Assembly: GCA_008632985.1 (NCBI GenBank)
Contig: QPGO01000122.1
Span: 1-64,000, forward strand
DNA: 64,000 nucleotides
Origin: Psammoneis japonica
Lineage: Eukaryota
Direction: 5' to 3'
Below the pieces are notes generated by a model. It saw nothing but the letters and a program-made list of their open reading frames with translations. It had not been told where the DNA came from and made no database searches. Position 1 is the first letter of the stretch, and every line of letters starts with the position of its first letter. Below are positions 13,961 to 28,058 of this stretch, piece by piece. The translations under genes and the position numbers were made by a program.

Positions 13961-15439
13961 GTGGCTGCAAGCAGTGGCACTTAAAAGAAAGTGAGCTGCA
14001 ACTGCTGCAGACTCCAGGGTGTTGTTGTCTCCATCAGCGTCATTCAATTTAAATGCAAACAACAAAATAGAATGTTCATGGCACAATGCAAATGATTTTA
14101 ATTTACAGGTTTTGCAGGGATAGAGGGCGGGCACTCTCACAGGGAAAACGTGTCCCTGTTTCATGGTGAAACATTTTTTCTCACAGGGAGGGGGGGTCTG
14201 ATCCCACAGCACAAAAATGTCAATCTATCACAGTTGACATGTCATTGCCAGCTGCACAACTAATGAGGTTTGAAACCATAAAAAAATTGTCTGTGAAAGG
14301 AATGAAAATCACAATGAAAAGATGTGTGATGATCACTGCATTGCGTGCTCTGATGGAGAACGCACAGAGTGGCAAGCATGAGTGAAGAAGTTTTGAAGAT
14401 GTGGCCTCTGCAATTGCAGCTGGGTCACAAGGGGAACTCAAGGAGTTTTGGAACGGTGGTGCACTCACCTGGGCCAACTGACATGACCACTTCCCCATGC
14501 CCAGCTCTGCTTCGTACGTTGACTCGTTTGCAGTTTTGGAGTGTTGTTGCGGCTTTTATGATGCCAACGGTGACCGACATTAAAAGCAGAAGCTCTCACG
14601 TCTCCAACAATGTGTCTGCCAAGTCACCTGACTGTGCAGTTGGAGAGAACGAGAAATGGTGTTGTTCTCACTTTTGCCGTGCTTCACCATGTAAAAATCA
14701 ACCCAGCACAATGATCCACGCCATTTTCGCGGCGAAATTGAGCCACATTTTCAAGTGCTGCATGATGAAGTCTACCTTTTTGTCACCCTTCCTGCTCTGT
14801 GTAAATTCCCTGTCATCCCTTGAGCAATGCCAGCAGTCCAACTCTCGCCCATCATTGTCATCAAGGTCCAACTCGGCAAATCGACAGGTCACATTTCTGG
14901 CAAACGGCTCTTAGAACAACAGAGAAATTGAACCTGTGCAGTTTGTTGGCCCAAGAGTGCACGCGGCAAAACAGGGCTTGGTGGGATCCTTGGCCGTCAC
15001 CTCAACCGCCATGGTCCATTTGGGCAACGAGATTGGTTTTTCTAAAAATGTGGCACCTGCGTGATTTCCATGGCGTCCCCACCCACACCGGCAACAGCAG
15101 TTTCCATCCGCAAGCAAGTGAGCGCGCACCAACGCGCAGATGTTCTTGTCTCATTTTGTGCTGCACGAGGTGCGCATGCGACAATCGCAAGTTCAACATG
15201 GGACTCGAACAAACGCGGTTGACAGTTGAGATGCAGTCCTGCAGCTGGCAGGATGGATGAGACCTCGGAGGTTGGCAGCAACATGAATGGCAACAGAGGC
15301 AAACAGACGCTTTGTTCAAAGTCGTTGTCCAGAAAATTACAACGAATGTCGTTGCTTCTGTTTGAATTGATTTTGTGATGAGCTGTTTGTTTCGAAGAGA
15401 AAATCTGAGTCTGGGTTGCAGTCGTGAGATGCGACCAGA

Positions 15440-16200
15440 ATGACGTTGAGTCGTGACTCTCCCTCTCAACCGAGAGAGCTTGCCAGCCCATGAGAGCCTT
15501 TCCAGCCGTGCAGAACGCATCGGTCCACAGTCCCTTCGTGAACTGATCGGCCAGTTGCTCTAGAGTGCTGACAGGTTGGATGTCGATCTCCAATTGTTCG
15601 ACTTCATTCCTAAACCAGTGGTGCGGGACACCAATCCTGCATCTGTGCGGCACGTGGGACCTTGTCAATTAGACCAGGTTGAGTGAGTGGAAATCGACCC
15701 TCGGAGAGCTTTTCGATCTTGACACCAAGAAAGTTGCCGACTTCTCCTTCGTCTCTACACCTTTCAGCGTGTGCAGGATTTCTTGAGGGACCAACCACAA
15801 GTCTTGATGCAAGACCAAACGCAAGGGCATCCAAGAGTTTTCCTGACAATGTTGTTGGTGTGGATGACTTCCGCAACATGTGGAATTCGACGCAACTTTG
15901 GCTTGTGGCAAAGGAAGGGAAGAGTGAGAAATTGCGGAAAGGGAGTCCATTTCATTGTCTCCAAAAACTGCTTTTTGGATGCACGCATTGCAGTTGTGCT
16001 TTTGAGCTTGGGACCAAACAACTGCATTCCAAAACCATTGGCAAAACATTCCATGTCATCAAAATCAACCTCATCAGGAAATTGGAAGGAAGGATTGGGG
16101 TCGACCTCATTGTGGGACGGGGTAAAGTTGTTGACCGCCATGGCAAGAGGTCAGTTGTGATTCACGTAGAACACACGTGGATCATGACAGCACATGCTCA
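15440..16200 (-). mobile_element. Internally deleted Ty1/copia fragment (RT and RNase H 3' end, PPT)
   Basis: EGEVGNFLGVKIEKLSEGRFPLTQPGLIDK (RT) and HHWFRNEV...STLEQLADQFTKGL (RNase H end). A purine tract GAGAGGGAGAG follows on the minus strand (15457-15467). Confidence 0.85.
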
Positions 16201-16689
16201 GGTCAAATGCAGTTTGGGGAGAGGATGCACTGTTGTGAAATGTGCAGATGATTGCTCATGTAGAATGAGTGCCAAAAGCCGGGCAGAGAGCCATGCACTG
16301 AAATTCTGGGAGGTGCTGGAAAAACAAGGCAGGAAATTTGCATGGGGGTGACTTGGGTGCAGAGGATGTGCCAGACACTACGGCGGGGCATGTGCAAGGT
16401 GGAGCTGTTGAAAACAACAATCAAAGGCAATGTTTCAAAACAAATGTGACATTGTTGTCAAATTGCAATGTGCGAAACTCAAGCAAAGAACAAATTCAAA
16501 TGAATTGTCAAAAATGAATGACAACAAAACGGCAACAAATGTCCACATAAAACGCATCTGTTAAAGGCAGTGTGTCAATTGCTTTTACATGCAAAAATTC
16601 TAAACAAAAGATTGACATGCATGACATTGATTGGCACAAATTACACAAAGAAAATTGAACACCACCATGTTGCAGCCTCTGATGGACCA

Positions 16690-19330
16690 AATGTTCTCAC
16701 AGGTTGTGTCAATCTGTGGCAAGATGGGAGGTGGTGTCTTTGCCAGTCGAAGAGAGCAAGGCATGTTCCATCCTCAGAAAAGGAAGCAGTGGGACCACCC
16801 AATGCTGTCACGTCAATCATGCATGACGTGGGTGTCCCACAAACCCTTGTGTCAGACAACATGCCAGAAATGGCAGAGAAAAAGATTTGCAAAGAATGCT
16901 GGATGCATCAGGAGGTGTCCGCCAAAGCATTGATTCATGAGTTGAAGAAATGGGTCCATGTGACTCTGCGCTGGAACAACATTTGTGGACCTGCTGTGCC
17001 CAATGGGTGTGTGCCACCCAGCTCTTAACAGCCTCCAATGTGTCAGAGATGGGAGAATGTGTGTTGGAGGAGATCTTTGGTTCTGCAACTGATGTCTTGT
17101 CTCCCTCCCTCTTTGATTGGTGTCAACCTGTGTGCCACTGCATGCTTGTGGCACAGTTTCCACAACAAGAAAAGAAGTGCATCAGTTGCTGGCTCAGAGT
17201 CACCAACAACTACACCAACAATGTGGCACCCATCATTTTGCCAGAATCTGGCAGGCCATCATCCGGAAGGAGCTGCAGGCCATGCCAGAGGATGACCTTA
17301 AAACCCCAGCTGCATCAAGGTGAACCTGGCATTGGTCAACCAGGCTTTGTTTAAACAACTGGGTGACCTGGATGAGGACTCGCAGAAGCTGAGTTCCATG
17401 ACACCCCTGATGACTTGATTGATGGTGATTAGAACAATGCTGCAGACCCCCCATGGATTTAGACTCAACTCACCCAGAAGCCAACAAGCATGCCCCGGAG
17501 GGGTTGGACAAATGCCATGCTCTGCCAAAGTTGTGCTGCCACAAGGAGGTGAGTTGACCCATGCCAGGGTCATTGCCCACAAGCATCATGGCAATGGTGT
17601 TCCCACAGGTGCAAGAAATTAATGACAACTCAGTCTTAGATTCAAGGATTTGTGATGTTGAATTTCCCAACAGGTCCATGGCCAACGCAATTGTGGAGAA
17701 CCTCTTTGCACAGATTGATTTGGAAGGCAACTTGCATCAGATGACAAAGGAGACAGTTGATCACTCAAGCAATGCTCGTGCCATTGAAGGCTGATGACGG
17801 GCTTGTGACAACCAAGTCTGGATGATGTGTGCCTGGGATGATGACCGCAGGGTGGGACCCAGTCCACAGGTCAAGTGGAAGGATGGGATGATGTCCTGGT
17901 GGGTTCCCCTTAAGGATTTGAAGGAATCTGACCCAGTGGAGGTTGCTGAGCATGCTGCAGCAAACAAAGCAGCCAGCAAACCAGCTTTTAATTGGTGGGT
18001 CCAAGACATCTTGCATTGCAGGACCAGGATTTTGAAGAAGGTCAAGTCACATTGCTGGAAATGTGTGAACAAGTTTGGAATTGAGCTGCCCAAATCTGTC
18101 AAGGAAGCCTCAGAGATGGACAACAAAACAGAGACTGACTTTTGGTTCAAAGCAATCAAGAAGGAACTGCAACATCATGCCTGCATTTGAGTTCCAAGAT
18201 GACAAAGTTGAGCTGGTTGGGTGAAAACACATTGATTGTTGTGTGATCTTTGACATCAAGAGCACTCTCCAATGCAAAGCAAGATTTGAGGCTTGGTGCA
18301 TCAGACTGATCCACCAAAAGAGTCAACCTGTTCTGGTGTGGTGTCATGCAACAGTGTTGGCATGCCTTTCACTGTTGCAGCTCTGAATGACCTGAAGGTC
18401 TTGAGCGCAGATGTTCAGAATGCCTGTCTGGATGCCCGTGCCAAGGAGAAGTGCTGTGCTGCTGCCACATTGGAGTTTGGCAAGCACAATGTTGGAAGGC
18501 AAGTTGTTGCAGTCCATGCCTTGTATGGTCTTAAATTGTCAAGTGCACGATTTGGGGAGCACATGGCAACAACTTTGCATGATGCTGTTTTTGAATCATG
18601 CAAAGCAGATCCAGATGTCTGGATGTGACCTGCAGTTGAGCTGGATGGCTTCACGCACTGGGAACATGTGCTTGCATGCATGGACAATTTGTCATGCATC
18701 TCACATGACCCCAAGAAATTCATGGATTGCATGAGCTCTGGGCACATGTGGAAGGACGGAAGTGTCTGCAAACTGGAAGAGCACCAGGGAGCACAAATTA
18801 GAAAACATCAGCTGTCTGAGGAGGATGGCAAGACACACTGGGCTGTGTCTTCTGACTTGCATGTCAAGAGGGCATTGGCAGACATTGGACCAGAGCTTGG
18901 GAAGACTGACAGGCATCTTTTGACAAAGGTGTTGACACCCTTGAGCTTGGGATGCAGACCTGAACTGGACAGTTCACCAGAGTTGAGTGCCAAAATGGCT
19001 GGCTGCTGCCAAGGTCCCATTGGGGTGCTTGGGTGGCTGGGCAGCAGAGCTGGGATAGATTGACATCTTTGTTGCCATCTCTCTTGTGCCATCCCACCTT
19101 GCAGCACCAAGAGCAGGACACCAGGATGAGGTGCTCCATGTTTTTGCATGCTTGAAGGCTCACTCAAGGTCTGCACCAGTGTTTGATGGCACTGAAACAA
19201 TCTTCAATGAGAGCCAGTTTGCTGAGTGTAACTGGGTGGAATTTCATCCCGGCGCAGCTGAGCCAATGCCACGGAACATGCCAGAGATGTGTGAGAACAG
19301 TGTGGCCATTGAGCAGGATAAAAAAGGCAA
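16690..19330 (+). mobile_element. Heavily decayed Ty1/copia (CoDi-like) pol: integrase, linker, RT
   Basis: TLVSDN (integrase), VKWKDG..WVPLKDLKESDPVEVAEH...PAFNWWV, CSGVVSCNSV..AALNDLKVLSADVQNACL, ALYGLK, CKADPDVW and EHVLACMDNL (YVDD equivalent). Confidence 0.9.
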
Positions 19331-19399
19331 ACATTGGTCAAGGCCATGGCCAATGTCCTGCAATGCTGCAAACAAGGAACCAGCAGAGGTGCCATGAGT

Positions 19400-22300
19400 G
19401 GTCACCCACCAGAGCACCTGTCCAGGCTTGCCAAGAGGAGCCATTGCTCCAACTGTGCTTTGTTCCAGCCTTGCAAGAGGTCACAGATTGTTGTGAGAGA
19501 AACTGCAAAAAATGACTTGCGCAAACGCTTGCCTCATGCACACACCTGATCCCATTGGCTCCTGCAGTCTCAGTGTTGGTGGATTGACAATGGGAGGAGG
19601 AGAAGCTTGACTGGTTCTCTTGGTGCCAAAAAAAAACTCCACAAACACTTGGCCACACTCAGGTGTGGCCTCTCCCTCTGCCCCAGTGGTGTCTGTGCTG
19701 TGGGAACCCTGCAAGTGGCATCTCCTCCTGCAAACAGTCTCAGCATCTTTCAACTTTTTCCCAAGGGTGTCTGCAGTGATGGGAGTGAAATGACTGAGAG
19801 GCCCATGATGACTCTCCTGTCAAACAGGCCCCATCCACTGGGTCACAAAGAAACTTGATGTGCTTTCCATGGACAAGGCTGTCATTGAACTCCTTTTGCT
19901 TGGTGGCCTTCAAAATGAAAAGGAGAGCTGCTTCTCTTTTGTTGTTGTCCAGGAAGGTGCCAAGAGTTGGGCAAGACACCTGGGTGCTGGCTCTCCTGGC
20001 ACGCCTGCCAGCTTGAAGCAGCAGATCATCATCAGCAGAGGTGGAATCTGAGGATGACGACTCTTCTGGCATGTGTGCACATGGCGAACAAGAGCATCTT
20101 GGGAGTGAGGAGAACACATTGTTGCTGCTGGAGAATGCATCAAAGAGATCCACAACATTTCCAGCAGTTGGCTCTCCAGCCCATTCAGACTCTGGCTGTT
20201 GGGTTCAGCAGGTCTTTGACAAAGCCTTGAGCCCTGGTGGCAGATGAAGCCCTTGGCTCTGGATGCACACCTTCAGCATGGACATGCTCAGCAACATCAT
20301 CCACACTGCCAAAGTGTTCATCTGGGAGGGTGCATGCCATTTCAAGAGACCTTTGTGCAGGCATCCCCCTGTCTCAATTCTTGGCAACAATGTCATCAGA
20401 CAACAGGCTGGAACAAAATGACATTCACACAATGCACGGCACAGAAAAGCACGCACCTTTTTCTCACTCTGTCCCAACCAGTGGATGCAAAACAGGCTGG
20501 TGCAGGCATGCATGTGGATGACCGTTGGAGTCAAATCTGGCTGATTTGTGTCTGATTTCCATCCAATTTGAGTTTCTGGGACACAACCCTGTGTCCCAAA
20601 AAATGCGTTCATCTGTGCACTCGTAAGAAAATGCAACCCAGCAACCACCCTTTATGCTGAGATTTGCAATTGACACTGGCATCTCCACCACCCACAAAAA
20701 CATGCTGCACCATGGTGTGACAACTTTGGAGGCCTGCCACTCTGCAATTGTGACAATTTGAAAAGTGACACCATGCAGCCTTGTCAATCCCCACACGTGT
20801 TGTCTGGCTACATTTCATCCATTCAACATGAGTGGCCATGCAAGGAAAAAATGTCTCTCTTCTTCATCATTGCAATCATTGGCCAACCCCAAGTGTCCTT
20901 GGCATGATGTGTCTGCTGTGATGGAACCAGAGGGTTTGGAGTGCTCCAAGTGCAATGTGAGTGCCAAAGATGCCAGGAACACATTTCTTTGCAATTGGTT
21001 GTTTGAGAAAACACAGGATTTGTGTTGAATGCCATGCGGGAGTGTGCAGCAGTCTAGAAGAAAACACAACAAACTGACATGCCCAAAGTGCAGCACCCTT
21101 TGTGCCAAGCATCAGACAGAGCCATTCACTCAAGTGCACTCCACAAGATGGAAAAGTGCAAATGCAAAGAAAGATTTCTGTCCATGAAATGTCCCAACCC
21201 ACAGAGAAGAAGGGCTTCATTTGACACTTTGAAACTGCAGCACTCAAGCATCAAACCAGTTTGGTTGGCATTTCAGCTGGGTCTGCAAACTGTTGTCATT
21301 TCAAAAGACAATCCTTCTGAAATGGGAGACAGCAATCAAAAGGGTTTTTTCAAGCTGGTGAAACCACCACAGGCTCAGACATTCAAGATTCAAGAGCCTG
21401 TGGTGAAAGGTCTTCATTCAATTGTGGTCTGCCATGACTCAAACAAGACTTGGTGATGCTGCCTGATGGTGCATCCCACCAGCTGAGTGCTTGCAGATCT
21501 TGCAAAATCAGACAGCAGCTTTTTGTGTGACTCCATGTTCTGTCTCTCTTGTGGGGAAAGTGGAAAGGAAGTGGAGGAAAAAAAAGGGCAAAACATTGGA
21601 CAGCGGCCAATGGCGCCATTTGTTCAAAAAGGTTTTTGTTGCCACTGACATTGTGAGGAGTGTGCGATGCTTGAATGGCAGCAACGGCATTGTGCAGTCA
21701 CCAATTGGCCCACACTTGACTGCTCAAGTTGCACCTGACAATCTCTCTTCTCTCTGCTTTTTGGATTTGGTCTTGTGACAATGAAGCACACTGAAAGGCA
21801 GAGGAACCAGAAATTTGCTGATCAAAAGATTTTTGAAGGGTTTGACTTCTCCAAAACACCAAAGTGCAACTGCCTGTGTGACCAGCAGCAAGACAACTGT
21901 GGGCACAAAGTTGTGGAGGAAAGAAAAAACAAGGTCGGCCATGTCCAAACTGCTCAAAAAGTGATGCTTCTGCATGGCCAAGAAGAAGCAACTGCAGACG
22001 GACTGTGCTGCAACCAAAAGAATCGAGACTGAGAGGCTCTTGGCCAGGAGCCTGACCATGATTTTGAATCCGAACAACAACTTGAGCATTTTGATCATTG
22101 TGAAGCTGTGAAAGGCACCAATCAATTGGACAAGGAGCATCTGGGGGCCATCAAGTTGGTCATTGTTTGTGATTAAAAAAATGTGGCCGACTGCACAGGA
22201 TGCAAGGACAACGCTGCAGATGATGGGGTTTGAGTGGACAGTTGTGCCACACTGGAATGAAATGATGTGATGGGCAATTGTGAAGTGCTTCTCAAACTGT

Positions 22301-22750
22301 CATCAGATTCAACATGGCAAAACATCATCTGCCGTTGCCAAAAAAGATCTGTTGTCAGCAAAACAGATCCCAGCTCTTGGTGTGCAAAGAGCAGCATGAA
22401 GGCAATGCCCAACAATGCCATGGCAAGCATGCAGGCACCACTTGCTGATCTGCCAGCTGGCATTTCCAGAGAAGATCAGTGTGATTGGACAACATTCATG
22501 TGCTGCGTTCCTGGGCAAAGTTGGGTTTCTTCTCATTGCTTGTCATCCTGTCATTTTACAATGTGTTGACCCACATGTGTTTTTTGCTTTTTGAAACTTC
22601 TGCTCACGCTGCACCAACCACCCAACAGCTTTTCCTGCAAGGTGTGGCCAGTTGTGCAGTCACATTGAACCCAACCGTTTGTGGCCAGCTGGTGCTGCCC
22701 CGGCTGACTCATGTGAACATTGGGCTTGCCACAAGCAAAAAAAAAAGATG
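19400..22750. mobile_element. Unclassified, strongly decayed TE-derived sequence (possible gag-like remnant at 19740-20160 minus)
   Basis: Almost devoid of TpA and CpG, like the neighbouring TEs. No intact domain is recognisable. Confidence 0.4.
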
Positions 22751-23271
22751 TTTGGCAAAAAAAGGGTGAGATGTCCTCCTGAAGAGCGAAGCTTGAGCTG
22801 ACTCTTTATGATTGTCTCCTGTCACAGTGCACAATGCAGGAAAATTGTGCTGCAGAAGGCGCAAAATTGTTGCAATGATTTGAAAAGATGGCACTGGCCT
22901 CATCTCCACCACAGCTTGCCAAAGCGGAACACAAGGTTGGGAGCACAGCACGGCGTGACTTTGGCATCTTGAAGAGACGTGGTCCGCCAAGAAAGAGTGG
23001 AGTTGTGCTGGGAGGTCTGGTGTGAAGGCCGCCACGTGAATTCCAGTGGAGCAGTGGGAGCATTGTGTGAAGCATCGTGCTTGTACCGGTGTGTGTTTCC
23101 GGGTTTCAGTGTCCTCCGAAGCAATTTTTTGACGTGTTGTGTTGAACACTGCAAGCATCCATCCGGTGCACAGACATGCTGCTGCCTGCTGCATCACGTT
23201 CTCGTTAACTCTTTCGCATATCTTTGCATACACAGAACACACAAGTCCTACAACTCGTTCATCGCCACAAT

Positions 23272-24771
23272 ATGCCAGATAAGTACAGTGATTTGTTTCC
23301 GACAGTTGCAAAAGATGAAGATTCATTAGACGCCGACGTGATTATTTGTGGCGCTGGGATTGCCGGTGCAGCGATTGCCCATACTTGTGCTGCAATGGAT
23401 CCACAATGTCGAGTCGTGGTGCTGGAACAGTACAATTACGAGAACAGCATGGAGAAAGATTCTCAAGGCGCAGACACCCTACCACAATTTAAAATCAATC
23501 ACGGTTCTTCTCGGGGTGGTCCGCGGCGGATTGGCTTGATTGGCGGCGACGACAAGCGTATCAAAAAGGCTTGGAAAGCATGGCAAGACATGAATGCAGA
23601 GTCGCCCAACAAGGATTTAATGGATGTGGCCGGAGAAGTCTATGTTTTTGCGCTATTTCCTTTTGGTTGGATGTTTGTGCTGGTCTTTGCTGCGTATTTT
23701 CTGCATAAGCGTTACATTGCGGGCAAGGACCTGCCCAAGGGATTGCAATTCTTGTGGACGGGGCATGCGGTTGAGAAGAAACTGGGACACAAGCAAGGAT
23801 TCCAACCGGGCTGTTGGAACGGATGCGCAGGAATTTATTATGAGGAGAGTGCCGCTCTCCATACAGATAAGATTCTGAGGTACTTGCTTACTGAATCCGC
23901 GGATCAAAAGAACTTCCAAGTACGGTATCGATCCAAAGTGACCAAGATTGAGCAAGCAGGAAATGACGAGTTGCAAATCTCAGTGCTGCAAGACGGTACA
24001 AAAGAGTTGTTGCTGCGTTGTCGACATTTGGTGCTGGCCAGTGGTGGATGGACGGCAGAGCTGCTAAAGCAATGTTTACAAGACAGTCAGCGAAACAGCC
24101 CAGAATCCAGCGATTATTTTGATCCGGACCAGATACAAACCAAGATTGAGTGCTTTACTTGCCCTGTATATGAGTTGAGAGCGCCAAGGAACAAAGATGA
24201 AGAGCCACCATTGTCTTTGGCCTCAGCGTGCCCCCTTTTCTCCTGCGTGAGTAAGAAACTTTACGGATTTCCCATCAATTACGAGGCTCATGCCAAAAAC
24301 GGTGAGAACCTTCAACTATTTATTCGCCCCTTTTTCAAGGCATCTGATAGCCAAGATCCCACCGACCAATCTACATGTGACGAACAACGAAAGCTTGTAA
24401 AAGACTTTGTCAGCGATTGCCTTGCGGTGGACCCAAACAATATTTCGTGCCCATGCTATTACACTTGTCGCTATCCCAAGCTCTCCCTTGACAAGGGCAA
24501 GACGTTTCGACCCGTCTTTGATTTTGTGCCGCACAGTAACCAACGAATCATCGTTCACGCTGGATTGGATGGGTATTCTTTCAAGTTCGGAAGCGTCTAC
24601 GGCATGGAGTTTATGGAATTGCTCGAGACGGGGACTCCGCCAAAAAATTGTCACTGGCCCAAGCCGAAGGACGGGAAGAAACAAAGCATCTTTGTGCGCC
24701 TCTTTGTCTATCTCGCGAGGAAGGAAGAAGCCAATGATACCAAGGCACCTGCAGATAAGAAGGACGAATGA
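23272..24771 (+). CDS. FAD-dependent oxidoreductase (sarcosine/pipecolate oxidase-like, DAO family)
   Basis: Intact single-exon ORF with a Rossmann motif DVIICGAGIAG...VVVLEQ, GSSRG, LVLASGGW and a C-terminal GYSFKFGSVYG. Tyr and TpA content are normal. Confidence 0.85.
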   Translation: MPDKYSDLFPTVAKDEDSLDADVIICGAGIAGAAIAHTCAAMDPQCRVVVLEQYNYENSMEKDSQGADTLPQFKINHGSSRGGPRRIGLIGGDDKRIKKAWKAWQDMNAESPNKDLMDVAGEVYVFALFPFGWMFVLVFAAYFLHKRYIAGKDLPKGLQFLWTGHAVEKKLGHKQGFQPGCWNGCAGIYYEESAALHTDKILRYLLTESADQKNFQVRYRSKVTKIEQAGNDELQISVLQDGTKELLLRCRHLVLASGGWTAELLKQCLQDSQRNSPESSDYFDPDQIQTKIECFTCPVYELRAPRNKDEEPPLSLASACPLFSCVSKKLYGFPINYEAHAKNGENLQLFIRPFFKASDSQDPTDQSTCDEQRKLVKDFVSDCLAVDPNNISCPCYYTCRYPKLSLDKGKTFRPVFDFVPHSNQRIIVHAGLDGYSFKFGSVYGMEFMELLETGTPPKNCHWPKPKDGKKQSIFVRLFVYLARKEEANDTKAPADKKDE

Positions 24772-25815
24772 CAATGCCAGCATCCAGAGTGGCAACAATG
24801 GCAGGTCATACTCTGCTGGCACTGTCGTCGTTTTAGTTTGCTGGGGCCATTCTGTGAGTCATCCCCGGCGATTTACATTGAATAGGTCAAGCTGAGATTC
24901 GTCGACTGACTGCCCGTGTCGGGACCTCCGTCTTGGCATGCTACTGCAATCGTCATGCCTGGGTTATGAACGGCTTTTTGTTGCTGTGGTCACATGCGGC
25001 TGCTGTTGGAAATGCACTTGGTTGCTTGTTCCTCTGTGTCTTACACAATGTTGATTCCGCGGGTTGGCCAACAGGTCTCCCAGGACATCCTTTGTGATGG
25101 ATTGGAGTGTTCGCGGAATGAGATCCACAGATGCAGCCCTTTCATGATGCTTCGCAATCGTCCATGGGCAAATCCGACAGCAAACCAAAGTGTGATTTTC
25201 GATTATAGAATATTTCTTGTCACCTGTTGATTTCCATTTTTGCTACAGTTTAGAAGACTAATCGATGAGCGCGCCTCGTGTTAGACTCTTATGACAACGT
25301 TGCCGGACGGAGCGAGGAGGCTTTGAGAATCTTTGGATTTTGGAATTTGTCATTTCAGTGTTTGGTTTTTGGATTTTGTCAACACTATTTTTTCATTTTT
25401 CAAAGAAAATATTACTTTTTTGATTATCTTTCGACATTTTCAGCCGTCATTTTGTCGCCCTCATAATCATGTGGCGGGGCGCACCGCGAGCTTCCAAGCC
25501 AATCGACATTCGACATGGGGGGGGTGACGAGATTTTTTTTGGAGGTCAGTACAAATTCTACAAGGATTCTACGTAGAAGCCTCCATCACGACAGCCCGTG
25601 TAATGACTGTTTCGACTAAAAAACAAGGGTGCAATTAACACGATAATAGCGGCGTTGACTGTGATGGACAATGGCGACTACTTTCATTTTTCTGTGGATC
25701 GAGCTAGCACAACACTTGCTAATTTAGATGCACCCAATTCAATGGAACAGACACAGGCACCAATGGCGATTTCAAACTGTTTTCCGAGTGCAAAAATCCC
25801 CGAGACAACCAAGCG

Positions 25816-27785
25816 TCATTGAAACTTGTCAAACACAAAATTGACTCGAAATGAGCATGCTTCCCAGACATCACAGACCAATTCAACATCCCAGAGCTGT
25901 TCGCTGCACCCTTTTTTGACGAACCAAGAAGTCTTGCATCGATTGACGGCTCGCTCATTGCCTGATCGCATGACAGCAACGCAGCCAGAACGAAAGACTT
26001 TTTCTCCCCCAAATTTCTCATCAGCCAAGTCTGGTTGGCAACACAGCTGTCCATGCTTCTGCGTCTCCAGATGCTGGTGACATCTTTTGTCAAATGTGTT
26101 GAGAAATGGTTTGTCTGAGGAGCTGTCATGCTCAGCAAATTGCTTTTGGGACTCGAGTGTTTTTGCATCATCTTCGATCTGTCGATCTTCATCACTGTGG
26201 CCCGTTGCCAAGGGCAAGCCATGTGTCCAGCAGCAAAGCTGAGTGGTGATGCCAGCTTTGCCACAGCACATGTTGTGGCATTTGTTGTACAATGCATGGT
26301 TCAAATCACCCGAGCTTGGATCAGGGAAAGGAATGTTCGATGTGTCGTGCATTGCGACACGATGCCCATTCTTTGCATCAAAGTGACGGCTCCATTTTTC
26401 ATCTCTAAACTTGGCATCTTCTGTGTAAGAGGCGATGCGTTCCAGGTCTAGGTGGGACCTCGTGCTGCTGAACTGTGACATCGACAGTTTTTTGAATCAC
26501 GTAGCATGTCGCGCACGCAGATTTCTACGTGATTTTTTCGACATTTTGTGTCATTTTACGGTGCACTCATTGAGCGATCCGTCCAACAACTTTTGACATT
26601 TTTTGTTACAGCGCGATTCTACAATGTCTTAAGAATTGTGCAGGGCAGGCGCATTTGCAAAAACGTCGAGTTGCAAGAGGCACAATTGCACCACAAACTT
26701 GGCCGTTTATTTGATGTTGAAGATGAACATGTCCATTGATTAAATTCTCGCACTGCGGAGCTCGCACGTAGAATTCTACAGGCCCAATGTCACACAGAGT
26801 CCCACCTGGGACTGGAACCCGTCAGGCACACATTGGCCATCTCTCACGACAATCCAATTCCTTCCGGAGTCTGCACTTGATTGCTTTCTTGAGAACCCCA
26901 AATGAACAATCATGCACTTTCGTGTGGTCCTGCGTTTGCCCCTTGCTGCGACCCCATGCAAAGTCATGACACACAACAAGCTCTTCCAGCCATGTCAATT
27001 TGGTTGCTGTCTTTGCCGTGTCATCTAAACTCCCACCACAAACCACCACTGAACAGCGCAACAGCTGCTTCAGATCATTGAAACCCGTGAGATGTTTGAC
27101 CTCCTCCGGTGTAAGATCTCCAAGGGCAGTGCATGTCTTCCGCCACACTGAGCAGTCTTCATTGCCCTTGCCAGAAATCCGCGTGACATTTGGATCAACA
27201 TTTTTTTCATCACGCACCAGACCGTCTCGTGCAATGGCAACTTGGGTTGACGGGGAAAGGTTGGCTTCCTCTTTGCTGACTTTCATGGCATGGCGCAGCA
27301 ACTCACGTTCAATCCCATTGCCATTTGATGACGTTGATGGAGGATCACAGAATCTTTTCTTTGTGACAAACTGGAGCATCAAATGACTTGATGGGAACAT
27401 GCGCCGATTTGCCATCAACTTTGACTGTGACAGAAACCCCAGACACCTGTTCCATTTCATGATTGGTGCAAATCCGAAGTTCCTTGTCGATGCAAAAGTG
27501 ACCAAAACCAAGGCGATCCGTCCACTCTCGATGCTCGAAGCATTTGATTCGATGCATTTTAAGCCTTTTTATCGAGGCATTGTCAGGCAAGTCCGGTGGA
27601 AAGTTTGGAACTCGTGTCAACTTTGCCTCCAGGTTGCTGACACCACAAATGCAACAGCAAAATGATGGTTTTCGTTTTTTCATTGTGGGAGCTTCACACA
27701 ATCCAGACAAATTTGCACTTGAGGCATTTTCCGAGGGAGATGATTCTGCCCATCCCCGCCTTGTTGTTCTTTGTTGTAACAACAT
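25816..27785 (-). pseudogene. THAP-like + HTH + DDE_Tnp_4 (HARBI1/ISL2EU-type) transposase, interrupted by a 390-bp insertion
   Basis: CCICG...RVP...W...LRICTNH (THAP-like), VKHLTGF..LTWLEE (HTH), HDTSNI..PS..LY..CCGK..TGHSD, FDKRC and RSGNERAVNRCK. Removing the insert restores RWPMCA-SYTEDAKFRD. Confidence 0.85.
26434..26823. mobile_element. 390-bp MITE with ~26-bp imperfect TIRs and 4-bp AGGC TSD, nested in the transposase
   Basis: aggc|GATGCGTTCCAGGTCTAGGTGGGAC ... GTCCCACCTGGGACTGGAACCCGTC|aggc. Confidence 0.88.
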
Positions 27786-28058
27786 CTTGAGCTTGTTTGC
27801 AGCCTCTGCTCAGCGTTGGTGGTGCCTCGAACAGTCATCAGCTCCTTGCTCCATGAGACGCTCTCTGCCCCGAAACGATCGGAGCTGGAAGCCAATTGGT
27901 TCATCCTTTGGGCAACCACACAATTTCTTCAACTCATGATCTTTGCCAAAAAGGAACGACATTCTGTCATCCACCACTCCGACTGCCGAGCACTCTTCCA
28001 CCATCGCCGCACCTCTTGGGACATCAGGCATTGTTGAGCTGCCTTCACCCTTTGAATT

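Noticed and set aside
13960..14900. Possible Crypton/YR gene next to the palindrome cluster
   Set aside because: No convincing R-H-R-Y motifs could be read in any frame.
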